From a bacterium (lineage in GTDB: Bacteria > Zhuqueibacterota > Zhuqueibacteria > Residuimicrobiales > Krinioviventaceae), in contig CAXXMD010000003.1 in the NCBI GenBank assembly GCA_963675755.2, positions 2,464,001 through 2,528,000 of the forward strand: 64,000 nt of DNA, written 5' to 3'. Under the pieces are notes generated by a model. That model saw only the letters and a program-made list of their open reading frames with translations, did not search any database and had not been told where the DNA came from. A program made the position numbers and the translations under genes. Shown here one piece after another: positions 20,314 through 31,274 of this stretch; positions within the stretch are counted from its first letter, which is position 1, and each line of letters begins with the position of its first letter.

Positions 20314-22830
20314 ATGAAACGTTTTTTATTCATCATAATTTCTATTGTTATTGTTTTAGCTTCCTGTACACAAAAGGCGGAACAATCATCCCCTAAAATT
20401 GCAGAGTTTAAAGCAGATTTTGATAATTATGATCGGGTTTGGGTTGGTAGAGATTTCTGGGCCATACCTATGGAAGATTGGCAAATTCATGATGGACGCC
20501 TGGAATGTGTGGGCAATAGAAACAATATGCGTGTGAATTTGTTAACATTTACGCTGAATGACAAAGCTGTCGGATTCAATGCCGGGGTCCGTATGGGTTT
20601 ATTAAATTCCGGAGAGACCAACAGTTCGGCAGGATTGAGTATTGGCGTGCAGGACACCGAAGATCCTGATGCGCGAGCCGCATGTTATTTTGGCAAAGGA
20701 ATCAAGTTGGGTGTAACAAGCTCGGGTGAGTTGTATATTCAAAAACAAAAAACAACGCTGCCGGAAGGATTTGATCTGAAAGATTTTCATTTACGTGTGA
20801 ACGCACAGCCTTCAGGTGATGGTTATACATTAATAGCTGTAGTGACGGATAAACAAAATCATTCGAAAAGTTTGAGCCAGACTGTCAACATAACTCCGGG
20901 ATTTCTGGCAATGTTTAATGATTTCCCGGAAAAAGGTGATAGAGAAAAAGGAAGCCATTTCTGGTTTGATAATTTAACGGTCAAGGGTGCTAAAATTGAC
21001 AGCAAACCGGAAAATACATTTGGACCGATCTTGTGGTCCATGTATACCTTGAGCAGAAATGTTGTAAAATTAACAGCACAAATGCCACCCCTGGGTGAAA
21101 GGGATGATCACAATGTTCGCCTGCTGTTGAAAAAAAATAAAGATTGGGAGATTATCAAAGAATCTCAAATTGATCCCAATGCCAGAACGGCTACATTCAA
21201 GCTGGAAAACTGGGATTCTGAACAGGAAGTACAATACAGACTGGTATATTCTGAAAAAGATACAAACGGGAATGTTAGAGAGAATGAATATGATGGAACA
21301 ATACGTCGTGATCCTGAAGATCAAGCTTTGACTTTGGGAGGTTTGACCTGTCAGTATGGTACCGGATTTCCATATTCACCGCTGGTTAAACATATAACAG
21401 CGCAAAATCCGGACTTGCTCTATTTCTCCGGTGATCAGATATATGAAGCGAATGGCGGGTACAGTATAATCCGTTTCCCTGCTGATATGGCAATATTGAG
21501 TTATCTTGGCAAATGGTACATGTTTGGCTGGGCATTTGGTGATTTGATGCGTGACAGACCCACTATCTGTACTCCGGATGATCATGATGTGTTTCAAGGT
21601 AACCTGTGGGGAGAAGGCGGGCCAAATATTCCACCAAAGAGTTTTAATATCTATCATGGTACCGAAGGTGGATATGTAGAACCTGCAGAGATGATCAATG
21701 TGGTACATACAACACAATGTTCTCATTTACCTGATCCTTTTGATCCTGCATTGATGGAACAAAATATAATACCGATTTATATGGATTTGGTTTATGGCAG
21801 AATCAGCTTTGCAATTGTCAGTGATCGTAATTTTAAATCCGGACCAAATGCTATAGCGTACTGGCAGGGCAGGCAGGACCATGTAAAGGATCGTGGTGTT
21901 GATCCCGCGGTGCTGGATTCTCCTGATTTGAAAATGCTGGGTGACCGGCAGCTGGAATTTCTGGATGAATGGGTAAGAGACTGGCGGGGAGCGGATATGA
22001 AAGTATTGCTTAGCCAGACGGTTTTTGCCAATATTGCAACGCATCATGGTGGAGAACAGATGGTGCTGGCTGCAGATTTGGATTCCGGTGGCTGGCCGCG
22101 TACGGCACGTAACAAGGCACTTTCTATTATGCGAAAAGGCTATGTATTTCATATTGTTGGTGATCAGCACATTCCTTCTCTGTCACAATATGGAATTGAT
22201 GATTACCGGGACGCGGGATGGTGTTTTTGTACTCCAGCAATATATGTGGGCTATGAAAGACGTTTTCAACCTGAACGATTGGGTTGGAAAATCACAGATC
22301 CGCCAGAGCACGGTTTGCCGAATACCGGTTATTATGAGGATGGTTTTGGGAACAAGCAATATGTTTATGCAATGGGTAACCCGGTTGATAAACCAGTGAA
22401 TTACCCACGGTATAAAAGAGGTCAGGAAACCGCTTCAGGTTATGGATTAGTGGAATTTGATAAAGCAGAGCGGAATATTGTTGTACATTCCTATCATTTT
22501 CTGGCTGATCCTGAAAATCCGGGTGCGGACGATGAATTTGCCGGATGGCCATATACTCTGAATCAATTTGACAATGATGGCAGAAAAGCTGTTGGGCATT
22601 TGCCCCAAATTGAGATCAAGGGTATTAAGAATCCTGTGATTTTTGTAGACAATGAAAAGACAGGTGAGCTGGTTCATGCTGTACGAATTTTGGGAACAAG
22701 CTATTCAGCACCGGTTTACAGTAACGATACATATACAGTAACCGTTGGTGATCCGGACAAGGCGTTGTGGAAAACCGTAACATCCCTGGAACCATCAACG
22801 AATAAAGAAACAGTAAAAATTAATTTCTAA
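20314..22830 (+). CDS. PhoD-like (alkaline phosphatase D family) metallophosphoesterase lipoprotein
   Basis: Lipobox LASC plus FSGDQIYE, PDDHDV, LGDRQLEFL, DSGGWP and GDQH motifs. Confidence 0.85.
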   Translation: MKRFLFIIISIVIVLASCTQKAEQSSPKIAEFKADFDNYDRVWVGRDFWAIPMEDWQIHDGRLECVGNRNNMRVNLLTFTLNDKAVGFNAGVRMGLLNSGETNSSAGLSIGVQDTEDPDARAACYFGKGIKLGVTSSGELYIQKQKTTLPEGFDLKDFHLRVNAQPSGDGYTLIAVVTDKQNHSKSLSQTVNITPGFLAMFNDFPEKGDREKGSHFWFDNLTVKGAKIDSKPENTFGPILWSMYTLSRNVVKLTAQMPPLGERDDHNVRLLLKKNKDWEIIKESQIDPNARTATFKLENWDSEQEVQYRLVYSEKDTNGNVRENEYDGTIRRDPEDQALTLGGLTCQYGTGFPYSPLVKHITAQNPDLLYFSGDQIYEANGGYSIIRFPADMAILSYLGKWYMFGWAFGDLMRDRPTICTPDDHDVFQGNLWGEGGPNIPPKSFNIYHGTEGGYVEPAEMINVVHTTQCSHLPDPFDPALMEQNIIPIYMDLVYGRISFAIVSDRNFKSGPNAIAYWQGRQDHVKDRGVDPAVLDSPDLKMLGDRQLEFLDEWVRDWRGADMKVLLSQTVFANIATHHGGEQMVLAADLDSGGWPRTARNKALSIMRKGYVFHIVGDQHIPSLSQYGIDDYRDAGWCFCTPAIYVGYERRFQPERLGWKITDPPEHGLPNTGYYEDGFGNKQYVYAMGNPVDKPVNYPRYKRGQETASGYGLVEFDKAERNIVVHSYHFLADPENPGADDEFAGWPYTLNQFDNDGRKAVGHLPQIEIKGIKNPVIFVDNEKTGELVHAVRILGTSYSAPVYSNDTYTVTVGDPDKALWKTVTSLEPSTNKETVKINF

Positions 22831-22842
22831 ATATACTATTAC

Positions 22843-22869
22843 GGGGCAGCCGTTGCTGTCCCTTTTTTA
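22843..22869 (+). terminator. Rho-independent terminator
   Basis: GGGGCAGC-cgtt-GCTGTCCC followed by TTTTTT. Confidence 0.75.
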
Positions 22870-22965
22870 ACACAAATTATTTATAGGAGAGTAACATGAA
22901 TATTATTTCTGCAAACACATGGAAAACCGCAAACAGGAACATGAATTTAATTTCAGGAGACCATA

Positions 22966-24483
22966 ATGCAGGAATATTTAATGGTAAACCAACTCTCTTT
23001 TGCTTACGAAAACAGTATTGAAACAATATTTGAAACCATTTCTTTTCAATTATACCCCGGATGGACCGGTTTTGTAGGTGCAAACGGGAGCGGGAAAACC
23101 ACACTTTTAAAATTAATAACACGCGAACTCTTTCCAGATACCGGATCTATAGCTTTTTCCGGAAATGCGATTTATTGTGAACAGCGAACTGATCATTTAC
23201 CTGAAGGTTGTTCCGATTTTTTCAATTCCATGGAAAAGTATGCCTTTCGTTTAAAGGATATGCTGAAAATTGAGGATGACTGGCCGAATCGATGGAAAAC
23301 CCTAAGTCATGGCGAGCGTAAACGATTACAAATAGCCGTTGCCCTGTTTTCAAGGCCCACGCTACTTGCCATTGATGAACCCACGAATCATCTTGATCAG
23401 CAGGCAAAACACATCTTGTTTCAGGCATTGAAAACATTTCGGGGGATTGGTTTGCTGATCAGTCATGATCGCGATTTCTTGGACAATCTTTGTAATCAGA
23501 CATTGTTTATTGATCCACCGGGAATTGATATCCGGAAATGTAATTACAGTACTGCTTTTGCGGAAAGAGAGCAGGAATCACGTTTTATGATGGAAGAGCA
23601 TGAAAAGGCAAAGCGGGAGGTCCGTCGTTTAAAAAAACGTGTTAGTCAGCAGAGAAGTAAAGCAGATCAGGCAGATAAACTCAGATCTAAACGAAATATT
23701 GCCAAAAAAGATTTTGATGCAAAATTGAAAATGGATCTGGCCCGTCTGACCGGCAAAGACGCGATTGATGGCAGGCTCCATAGCAGGTTAAAGAGCAAGC
23801 TTGACAGTGCTCAGGAGCATCAACAGGCAACAAAGATCAAAAAAACATTTCAGGGCGGCATTCAAATTCAGGAAAGCGGTGTGTTTCAGAAATTTCCGGT
23901 TTTTATCCCTGAATTCAAGCTCTCGCTGGGTGATGATAAAACCCTGAATATACCTGAATTAATGCTTGATTCGGAATCACGAATTGGCATAACTGGAGAT
24001 AATGGTGCAGGAAAAAGTTCATTTATACGATATTTCCTGGGATTGGAGCTAATCTCGTCTGAAAAGTTACTTTACATACCCCAGGAGATAGATACGGTTA
24101 CTTCACAACAAATTCTGGCCAGAATCCATACCCTGGATAGTGCGATCAAGGGACGGTTGATGACCATAATCAGGCGGTTAGGTTCAGACCCTAACCGGTT
24201 GCTTGAAAGTGAGGTGCCGTCTCCCGGTGAAGTCAGAAAGCTGATGCTGGCAGATGGTTTGTTGAATGAACCGGTTTTATTAGTTATGGATGAGCCAGTA
24301 AACCACATGGATTTGTTTTCCATTCAGCATATTGAAGCCGCTTTGCAAGAGTATAATGGCGCGTTGCTATTGGTGAGTCATGATCCGGTTTTCCTCGAGA
24401 ATACGGTTTCGTATTTGTGGCATTTCACCCAAATAGAACAGAATAAATTTTCTATAATTGGAAAATATTTTGAAAATAGTTGA
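22966..24483 (+). CDS. ABC-F family ATP-binding protein
   Basis: Two NBDs (GANGSGKT, LSHGE, DEPTNHLD; GDNGAGKS, SPGE, DEPVNHMD) joined by a charged helical linker, with no TM segments. Confidence 0.88.
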   Translation: MQEYLMVNQLSFAYENSIETIFETISFQLYPGWTGFVGANGSGKTTLLKLITRELFPDTGSIAFSGNAIYCEQRTDHLPEGCSDFFNSMEKYAFRLKDMLKIEDDWPNRWKTLSHGERKRLQIAVALFSRPTLLAIDEPTNHLDQQAKHILFQALKTFRGIGLLISHDRDFLDNLCNQTLFIDPPGIDIRKCNYSTAFAEREQESRFMMEEHEKAKREVRRLKKRVSQQRSKADQADKLRSKRNIAKKDFDAKLKMDLARLTGKDAIDGRLHSRLKSKLDSAQEHQQATKIKKTFQGGIQIQESGVFQKFPVFIPEFKLSLGDDKTLNIPELMLDSESRIGITGDNGAGKSSFIRYFLGLELISSEKLLYIPQEIDTVTSQQILARIHTLDSAIKGRLMTIIRRLGSDPNRLLESEVPSPGEVRKLMLADGLLNEPVLLVMDEPVNHMDLFSIQHIEAALQEYNGALLLVSHDPVFLENTVSYLWHFTQIEQNKFSIIGKYFENS

Positions 24484-24546
24484 GAGTGTTAATAGAAATC
24501 CGTATTATATTTATAAAGGGATAATACATTAATTGAGGGTAAAGAA

Positions 24547-25944
24547 ATGAATAGTGTGCAATCACGAAGATCGTTTATCAAGACGGTGTCCATGTCTCTG
24601 GTTGCTTCAGGCATGGCTTGCAGTTCATTAAAGAAATCGACGCCACCCAATGTTGTAATTATTTTTCTGGATGATTCCGGATGGGGTGATTTTAAACCAT
24701 TTGGCAAGCCCGCGTATTCAACTCCGAATGTTGAACAGCTTGCCAGCGAAGGCCGCTGTTTTCACCAGTTTTATGTGCCCCAGGCTGTGTGTTCCGCATC
24801 TCGCGCGTCTTTAATGACCGGGTGTTTTCCCGGACGTACCAAAGTATTTGGCGCGCATCCCCCAAAAGCAAGAGGACTTGATCCCAAATTTGCAACAATG
24901 GGGCAGGTGATGCAAAAACGTGGATACAAGACCGCGGTATTTGGAAAATGGCATTTGGGTGACCAGGAAGATACACGTCCGCCGGTAAGAGGGTTTGACG
25001 AGTCTTGTGGATTGATGTACTCGAATGATATGTGGGAGTTTCATCCACAGCATCCGGATAGCTATAAAGATGCTCCGTTGCATTTCTGGGAAAATGGCAA
25101 GGTCAAAGTTGAGCGTATGACACCCAAAGAACAGGCAATGCTCACCACATGGTATACCGAGCATGCGGTAGATTTTATTAATCGACATAAAGATGAGCCA
25201 TTTTTCCTCTATGTACCGCACTCTATGCCGCATGTGCCAATTTTTGCCAGTGAAAAATTCAAGGGTAAATCAGGTACCGGTTTATATGGTGATGTCATGA
25301 TGGAAATTGACTGGTCTGTGGGTGAAATTGAAAAAGCGTTAAAAGAAAACGGACTGGAAGAAAATACTCTGGTTATTATGACTTCAGATAATGGCCCCTG
25401 GACCAGTTATGGTAACCATTCGGGTGTAACTCCCTATCGTGAAGCCAAAGGGACCAGTTTTGATGGTGGTACCCGTTCGGCATGTATTGTCAAGTACCCG
25501 AAAAAGATAGAGGCCGGTACTGTTTCGAATGAAGCCTGGTGTTCTATTGACATTATGCCGACTGTTTGCCATGTGACAGGTGCTGAACTTCCGGTAAACG
25601 AAATTGATGGTGAAAATGTCTGGGATCTGGTTGTTGGTAAGCCAGGTGCAACGAATCCGAATGAATACTATGAAATTACGACCGGTAAAACATTTGAAGG
25701 TATTATTACCGGTGATGGCAAGTGGAAACTGCATTTGCCGCATAGTTACAGGGTGTTAGAGTATCCCGGTAATGATGGAAAGGCCGGTAAATACAATCGT
25801 GTGAATATTGAATTATCTTTATTCGACATGAAAAATGATCCGTACGAAACAACCAATGTGATAGATAAATATCCTGATGTCGCTGATAGATTGACAAAAC
25901 TAGCTGAAGCGCATCGGAAAAAATACTTTCCGGATCAGGTATAA
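24547..25944 (+). CDS. Formylglycine-dependent sulfatase (S1), Tat-exported lipoprotein
   Basis: SRRSFIK Tat motif, GMAC lipobox, CSASRASLMTG, GKWHLG and SDNGP. Confidence 0.92.
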   Translation: MNSVQSRRSFIKTVSMSLVASGMACSSLKKSTPPNVVIIFLDDSGWGDFKPFGKPAYSTPNVEQLASEGRCFHQFYVPQAVCSASRASLMTGCFPGRTKVFGAHPPKARGLDPKFATMGQVMQKRGYKTAVFGKWHLGDQEDTRPPVRGFDESCGLMYSNDMWEFHPQHPDSYKDAPLHFWENGKVKVERMTPKEQAMLTTWYTEHAVDFINRHKDEPFFLYVPHSMPHVPIFASEKFKGKSGTGLYGDVMMEIDWSVGEIEKALKENGLEENTLVIMTSDNGPWTSYGNHSGVTPYREAKGTSFDGGTRSACIVKYPKKIEAGTVSNEAWCSIDIMPTVCHVTGAELPVNEIDGENVWDLVVGKPGATNPNEYYEITTGKTFEGIITGDGKWKLHLPHSYRVLEYPGNDGKAGKYNRVNIELSLFDMKNDPYETTNVIDKYPDVADRLTKLAEAHRKKYFPDQV

Positions 25945-25999
25945 ACTTGAAGGGTGTGTTCAAATTATGAGCACACCTTTTTTTTACAAGGAGGATGAG

Positions 26000-26533
26000 A
26001 TGGAACCCCAAATTATTGAAAATGCCGAGTATCATGATATATTAAAAAAATATATTTTTATTTACATTTTGGGTGCATTAATCGTTTCTATTGCGGGTTT
26101 GGTATTGGTGCCAGTTTGGTTGATAATGGGCAAATGGTATTCCAATTTGTATTTTAACAATCTCAGTTGCGCATTGACAGAGAAGAACCTGCAACTGAAA
26201 AAGGGGCATTGGTTCAGAGTTGAAAAAACAATTCCTCTTGATAAAATTCAGGACTTGACTCTAAAGGAAGGTCCCTTGTTGAGAAAACTGGGTATTTGTA
26301 CGCTACAGGTGGAAACAGCAGGACAAAATAGTCCGGAAGGCAGCAGCGATGCAAGAATTATCGGTTTGCGGGATGCCAAGGCCTTTCGGGACAAGGTGAT
26401 GGCGCAGCGAGATATTTGGGCTGGGAACGAGGCGCCTTCTGTATATTCAAAATCTGAAGGTATTACTGAATTATTATCAGAGATTCGGGATTCTTTGAAA
26501 AATATCGAAGGTTCAGTAACAAAACGTGATTAG
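26000..26533 (+). CDS. Bacterial PH-domain (YdbS/bPH_2) membrane protein
   Basis: N-terminal TM segment and KTIPLDKIQDLTLKEGPLLR..GI..LQVETAG; ATG 26000 follows SD aaggagg. Confidence 0.8.
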   Translation: MEPQIIENAEYHDILKKYIFIYILGALIVSIAGLVLVPVWLIMGKWYSNLYFNNLSCALTEKNLQLKKGHWFRVEKTIPLDKIQDLTLKEGPLLRKLGICTLQVETAGQNSPEGSSDARIIGLRDAKAFRDKVMAQRDIWAGNEAPSVYSKSEGITELLSEIRDSLKNIEGSVTKRD

Positions 26534-26648
26534 GTCAATATTTTACGGATTTATGTAGAATCAAACACAAATTTGAGATTGGAAAAAATTATGAAATGAC
26601 TGTTCATTCGTGTTTGTTATCTATGTAAAGTAAAATAAGAGGTGTTTT

Positions 26649-27530
26649 ATGAGTATTCGTAAAATGTACAAAATATTGACTGCCCATCCTACTATTGAAG
26701 GAAATGGTGTACATTTAAAACGTGCCTTTGGTATACCCTATATACCCGAGTTGGACCCGTTTTTACTGCTTGATGATTTCCATTCAAATAAACCCGAAGA
26801 TTATAATAAAGGTTTTCCATGGCACCCGCATCGGGGCATTGAGACCATTACATATGTGTTAGAGGGCAAAGTTGAACATAGTGACAGCCTGGGGCACAAG
26901 GGCATTATAAACAGTGGTGAAGTACAGTGGATGACCGCCGGAAGCGGAATTATCCATCAGGAAATGCCGGAAGGTGAGTTTGACGGTAGAATGTGGGGCA
27001 TGCAATTGTGGGCCAATTTACCCTCTTCGCATAAAATGATGGACCCCCGTTACCGCGAGGTTAAGGTAAGAGAGATCCCCTTTATCAAGCTGGATTCTGG
27101 TGTTGAAGTTGGCGTAATTTGCGGACAGATTAATGGCGCAGCCGGTCCCGTGCGGGATATTGTGATTGATCCGGAGTATCTGGATATTACAATTCCGCCC
27201 GATACGTTTTTTACTCACAAGGTCAAAGAAGGATATACTGTTTTTGCGTATGTTTTGGAAGGAAGCGGCTGTTTTGGTTTGGATGCTGAAGATCCTTTGG
27301 AGATGAACCGCATAAATAATGGATACGCGGAACAGGAGAGCCTGGTTATTTTCAAAGATGGGGATGAGGTGATTGTTGGCAGCAAAGCGGGGGTTCGGTT
27401 TTTATTGATCTCTGGCAAACCTATAAAAGAACGTGTTGCCTGGTATGGCCCCATAGTTATGAATACCGAAGAAGAACTGGATCAGGCCATTGCAGAATAT
27501 CAGAATGGTACGTTTTTAAAGCATAAATAG
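26649..27530 (+). CDS. Pirin family protein
   Basis: DPFLLLD, FPWHPHRGIETITY, QWMTAGSGIIHQE and YGPIVMNT. Confidence 0.95.
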   Translation: MSIRKMYKILTAHPTIEGNGVHLKRAFGIPYIPELDPFLLLDDFHSNKPEDYNKGFPWHPHRGIETITYVLEGKVEHSDSLGHKGIINSGEVQWMTAGSGIIHQEMPEGEFDGRMWGMQLWANLPSSHKMMDPRYREVKVREIPFIKLDSGVEVGVICGQINGAAGPVRDIVIDPEYLDITIPPDTFFTHKVKEGYTVFAYVLEGSGCFGLDAEDPLEMNRINNGYAEQESLVIFKDGDEVIVGSKAGVRFLLISGKPIKERVAWYGPIVMNTEEELDQAIAEYQNGTFLKHK

Positions 27531-27581
27531 AATATATGTTGGGTGGATTTACCGGGGTTGAATTGTAAATTTGGAAAGAAA

Positions 27582-28562
27582 ATGTTTGGGTTGAAATGGA
27601 TTGTTATTATGGGGCTGGGTCTGCTCTCTGTTTGTGATTTCAGCGAACCGGTCGTACCGGATGATAATATGGATTATCGTCAGCAAATGCGACGCTTTGT
27701 AATGGATTTGAGCCTGTATGCAAAACTGCGTTCAACGGGATTTGTTATTATTCCTCAAAATGGTCAGGAATTGATTGCCGTAAACGGAGATACGGATGCT
27801 GAACTGGTAAAGGATTATCTGCGTTTTATTGATGGTACCGGACGTGAAGATCTGTTCTACGGATATGATAATGATAATGCAGCTACACCCGCGGATGAGC
27901 GTGATTATATGCTGGCACATTGTGATAATTGTGAGCAAAGTGATGTTGAGGTGCTGGTGATTGATTATTGTTCTACACATTCTAAAATGGACGATTCATA
28001 TCAGAAAAGCCGGGAACACGGATTTATCTCTTTTGCCGCACCCGAGCGGGATCTCAATATTATTCCTGATTATCCACAGCAGCCTTTTGGGGTGAATGAT
28101 AACGACATACATACCCTGGGGGATGCAAAAAACTTTCTCTATCTCATTAATCCTGAGAATTTTACATCAAAACAAGAGTTTATCGATGCGGTTTCAAAAA
28201 CGGATTATGATCTGCTGGTAATGGACTGCTTTTTTAATGACGAGGTGTTCTCTCAAAATGAACTGGACCAATTAAAGCAAAAAGCCAATGGCGGTGTGCG
28301 GTTGGTTATATCTTATATGAGTATTGGCGAAGCAGAGGATTACCGGTATTACTGGCAGGAGGCGTGGAACACCAAACCCCCGGATTGGCTGGATAAGGAG
28401 AATCCCGATTGGGAAGGCAATTACAAGGTCAAATACTGGCAGCGGGAATGGCAGTCCGTGATCTTTGGCAGTGACTCATCCTATCTGGATATTATTCTCA
28501 ATTCGGGTTTTGATGGTGTATATCTGGATATTATTGATGCGTTCGAGTATTTTGAGGATTGA
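27582..28562 (+). CDS. Endo-alpha-1,4-polygalactosaminidase-like (GH114/TM1410 family) protein
   Basis: IIPQNG, ISYMSIGEAEDYRYYW, ENPDWEGNYKVKYW and GFDGVYLDIID. Confidence 0.8.
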   Translation: MFGLKWIVIMGLGLLSVCDFSEPVVPDDNMDYRQQMRRFVMDLSLYAKLRSTGFVIIPQNGQELIAVNGDTDAELVKDYLRFIDGTGREDLFYGYDNDNAATPADERDYMLAHCDNCEQSDVEVLVIDYCSTHSKMDDSYQKSREHGFISFAAPERDLNIIPDYPQQPFGVNDNDIHTLGDAKNFLYLINPENFTSKQEFIDAVSKTDYDLLVMDCFFNDEVFSQNELDQLKQKANGGVRLVISYMSIGEAEDYRYYWQEAWNTKPPDWLDKENPDWEGNYKVKYWQREWQSVIFGSDSSYLDIILNSGFDGVYLDIIDAFEYFED

Positions 28563-28760
28563 TGGTTATGCCCAACCTCCCGGAGGCACATCTGCTAATC
28601 GTCATCAAAGTATTGAAAAATTAAAAATATCCACATTTCTATTGATTTAATCTCTTTTAATTTCTTAATTACATAACCAATAAATTGTATGTCATTTTTC
28701 CTCTTCCGGACAACATATCCTGATCGTAATTGTAAAGTTAATAAACCTGTAGGAGCGAAT

Positions 28761-28964
28761 ATGAACAAGCAAAAGTTTATCGTGGGGTATTATATTATTG
28801 CCAGTGCAATAATTTGGGGTGCTACCATATTGGGCTGTGCTTACAAGCTCAAAGGCACCGGGTGTTATCAGGAAATTTCTTATATCCTTTCTTCTGCGGC
28901 GGGTATACATCTCATTATGATCTGGGGACCCCTGGCAGCACAAATGAAAAAACAAAAAGAGTAA
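28761..28964 (+). CDS. Small two-TM membrane protein
   Basis: SD aggag before ATG 28761; two hydrophobic segments. Confidence 0.65.
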   Translation: MNKQKFIVGYYIIASAIIWGATILGCAYKLKGTGCYQEISYILSSAAGIHLIMIWGPLAAQMKKQKE

Positions 28965-29005
28965 ATATTAGATGCTTTTTAACCTGAAACACGAGGTTGT
29001 TTGAT

Positions 29006-29332
29006 ATGAAAAAATCCGTTTTGGGATTAATTACAGGTACGGTACTGGGTTTGCTGGATGGGGCATCTGCCATATTTATCCCTGAAGCCAGAGAAATGCT
29101 GTCATTTATTATTATCTTTGCAGCTCTGAAAGGTACCGTAACTGGCTTGCTCAGCGGCATTGCAAGCAAGAAATTGAAAAAAACAGCGCCATGTGTACTG
29201 GTAGGAGGAGGGATTGGATTGATTTTATCTTTTCTTACTGCTTTGCAATCCGGTTCGTTTATGGATATTCTAGTCCCCGGTACGGTGTTGGGATTGGTTG
29301 TTGGGTATGTTACCGCCAAATGGGGAAGATAG
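29006..29332 (+). CDS. Small four-TM Gly-rich membrane protein
   Basis: SD gagg; GxxxG-rich hydrophobic helices. Confidence 0.7.
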   Translation: MKKSVLGLITGTVLGLLDGASAIFIPEAREMLSFIIIFAALKGTVTGLLSGIASKKLKKTAPCVLVGGGIGLILSFLTALQSGSFMDILVPGTVLGLVVGYVTAKWGR

Positions 29333-29358
29333 AAAAAAAGACTGAAATGGGAGGAGAA

Positions 29359-31014
29359 ATGAAATATTTTTATGTTATTTTGTTAATCTCGGTTTTAGCG
29401 GTCACTCCGGTTTTCTCTGCAATCTATGTCGCTCCGGACGGAAGCGATGCCAATCCCGGGACCCTTGAACAGCCCCTCGAGTCTATTCAACATGCGCAAA
29501 CCCTGGCCAGTGCGGGCGATACGGTTTATATTCGCGGCGGCAGCTATGTTGTGCGGGAGGACCAGATCTCTAAAATAGAACAGAACCTGTTTGCCTGTAT
29601 CAGTTTTCTGGATAAAAGTGGAAGCGAGGGACAAACTATCAATTACTGGGCGTATCCCGGAGAAACGCCGGTTTTTGATTTTTCGGCAGTCAAACCTGAG
29701 GGAAGGCGAGTAGTGGGTATCTGGGTTTCCGGAGATTATATCCACATCAAAGGATTAGAGATGATTGGGGTACAGGTGACCATCACGTCGCATACGGAAT
29801 CTTATTGCATTTATAGTTGGGGAGATCACAATATATTTGAATTGATCAGTATGCACGATAATAAAGGTACCGCGTTACGCCATCGGACCGGTGGCGACAA
29901 TCTGTTCTTGAATTGCGATGCTTACCGCAATCATGACAATGTCTCCGAAGACGGCATGGGCGGCAATACGGACGGATTTGGCTGTCATCCCAAATCGGGT
30001 GGTACTGGTAATGTGTTTAGAGGGTGCCGCGCCTGGTTCAACAGCGATGATGGATTTGATACCATCCGTTCCAGCGAATCCATTGTGTTTGAAAATTGCT
30101 GGTCATTTTATAACGGCTATTCCACCTCGTTTGCCAGTCTGGGAGACGGTACCGGATTCAAGGCCGGTGGCTATGCGTATGACACAGAAGACAGGATTCC
30201 GAATCCTGTTCCCCGTAATACGGTCCGGTTTTGTATTGCGGTACGTAACAAGGCAAATGGATTTTACTCGAACCACCACCTGACCGGTAATGACTGGTAC
30301 AACAATACCGGCTATCAGAATGCGGTCAATTTTAATATGGTCAACCGCGAGAGCGCCCAGTCGGAAAATATCAACGCGCAGGGATATGACCATGTGTTAA
30401 TTAACAATCTGAGTTACAAGGGACGCAGTGCGGGAACTGCGTATCTGGATACCACACAAAACACCGCGCACCACAATTCTTTTGATTTGTCCATCATCCT
30501 GACCGATGCTGATTTTATGAGCCTGGATGAAGACCAGCTTACTGCACCCCGTAAAGCAGATGGCAGCCTGCCCGATATTGATTTTATGCGCCCGGTTGTG
30601 GGCAGTGCACTTATAGACGCAGGCATGGATATTGGATTTGAATACCTGGGCAATGCACCGGAATTGGGAGCGTTAGAGGTGGACCCCACAACAAAGGTTT
30701 TGAATGAAGAACCGGTTATACCCATGGAGTTTGATTTGTACCAAAACTATCCCAATCCTTTTAATCCTCAAACCACACTGCGGTATCGGTTAAACAAACC
30801 GGGACTTGTTACATTGTCTATACATAATACGCTGGGCCAGCAAATCCGTACGCTTGTACAGCAGGAGCAGCTGCCGGGGGAGTATTGTTGCTCGTGGAAC
30901 GGGAGTGATGATACCGGGCAGCCTCTGTCCTCAGGAATCTATTTTTACCGGTTGTCCGTTGCAAGCGCGTTGGGAACGCGATTGGTGGAGAAAAAGATGC
31001 TGTTACTTCGATAA
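29359..31014 (+). CDS. PL9-like pectate lyase (parallel beta-helix) with C-terminal FlgD-Ig/T9SS-type sorting domain
   Basis: YVAPDGSDANPGT, AGDTVYIRGG, NSDDGFD and GFKAGG (PL9 catalytic Lys); tail QNYPNPFNP...SSGIYFYRL. Confidence 0.85.
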   Translation: MKYFYVILLISVLAVTPVFSAIYVAPDGSDANPGTLEQPLESIQHAQTLASAGDTVYIRGGSYVVREDQISKIEQNLFACISFLDKSGSEGQTINYWAYPGETPVFDFSAVKPEGRRVVGIWVSGDYIHIKGLEMIGVQVTITSHTESYCIYSWGDHNIFELISMHDNKGTALRHRTGGDNLFLNCDAYRNHDNVSEDGMGGNTDGFGCHPKSGGTGNVFRGCRAWFNSDDGFDTIRSSESIVFENCWSFYNGYSTSFASLGDGTGFKAGGYAYDTEDRIPNPVPRNTVRFCIAVRNKANGFYSNHHLTGNDWYNNTGYQNAVNFNMVNRESAQSENINAQGYDHVLINNLSYKGRSAGTAYLDTTQNTAHHNSFDLSIILTDADFMSLDEDQLTAPRKADGSLPDIDFMRPVVGSALIDAGMDIGFEYLGNAPELGALEVDPTTKVLNEEPVIPMEFDLYQNYPNPFNPQTTLRYRLNKPGLVTLSIHNTLGQQIRTLVQQEQLPGEYCCSWNGSDDTGQPLSSGIYFYRLSVASALGTRLVEKKMLLLR

Positions 31015-31058
31015 ACCTTTATTTAAGGGTTGCAGGATTACCCTGATTTGATAGTATC

Positions 31059-31179
31059 ACCGGTGCTTCGATATGTCCGTCCTTTGGACAGCCTACTCAG
31101 CAACCGGTTTATGATTGATTGGAACGGAGATAAATTCAACCTCCGGGAGGTCAGGACCTCCCGGAGGTGAGTCTATAAA
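31059..31179. repeat. 121-bp composite REP-like repeat, copy 1
   Basis: accggtgcttcgata..gtcc..ggac..ctactcagcaaccggt followed by acctccgggaggtcaggacctcccggaggt. About 7 mismatches to 32220-32340. Confidence 0.9.
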
Positions 31180-31274
31180 TAAGGAAAGTTGGCTCCAAAC
31201 TGTGCTTGGAGAAAATTGAGTAATGCACAAATAATTAATTTATTGATATTTGCACAGCAGTGCTTTACACCATA

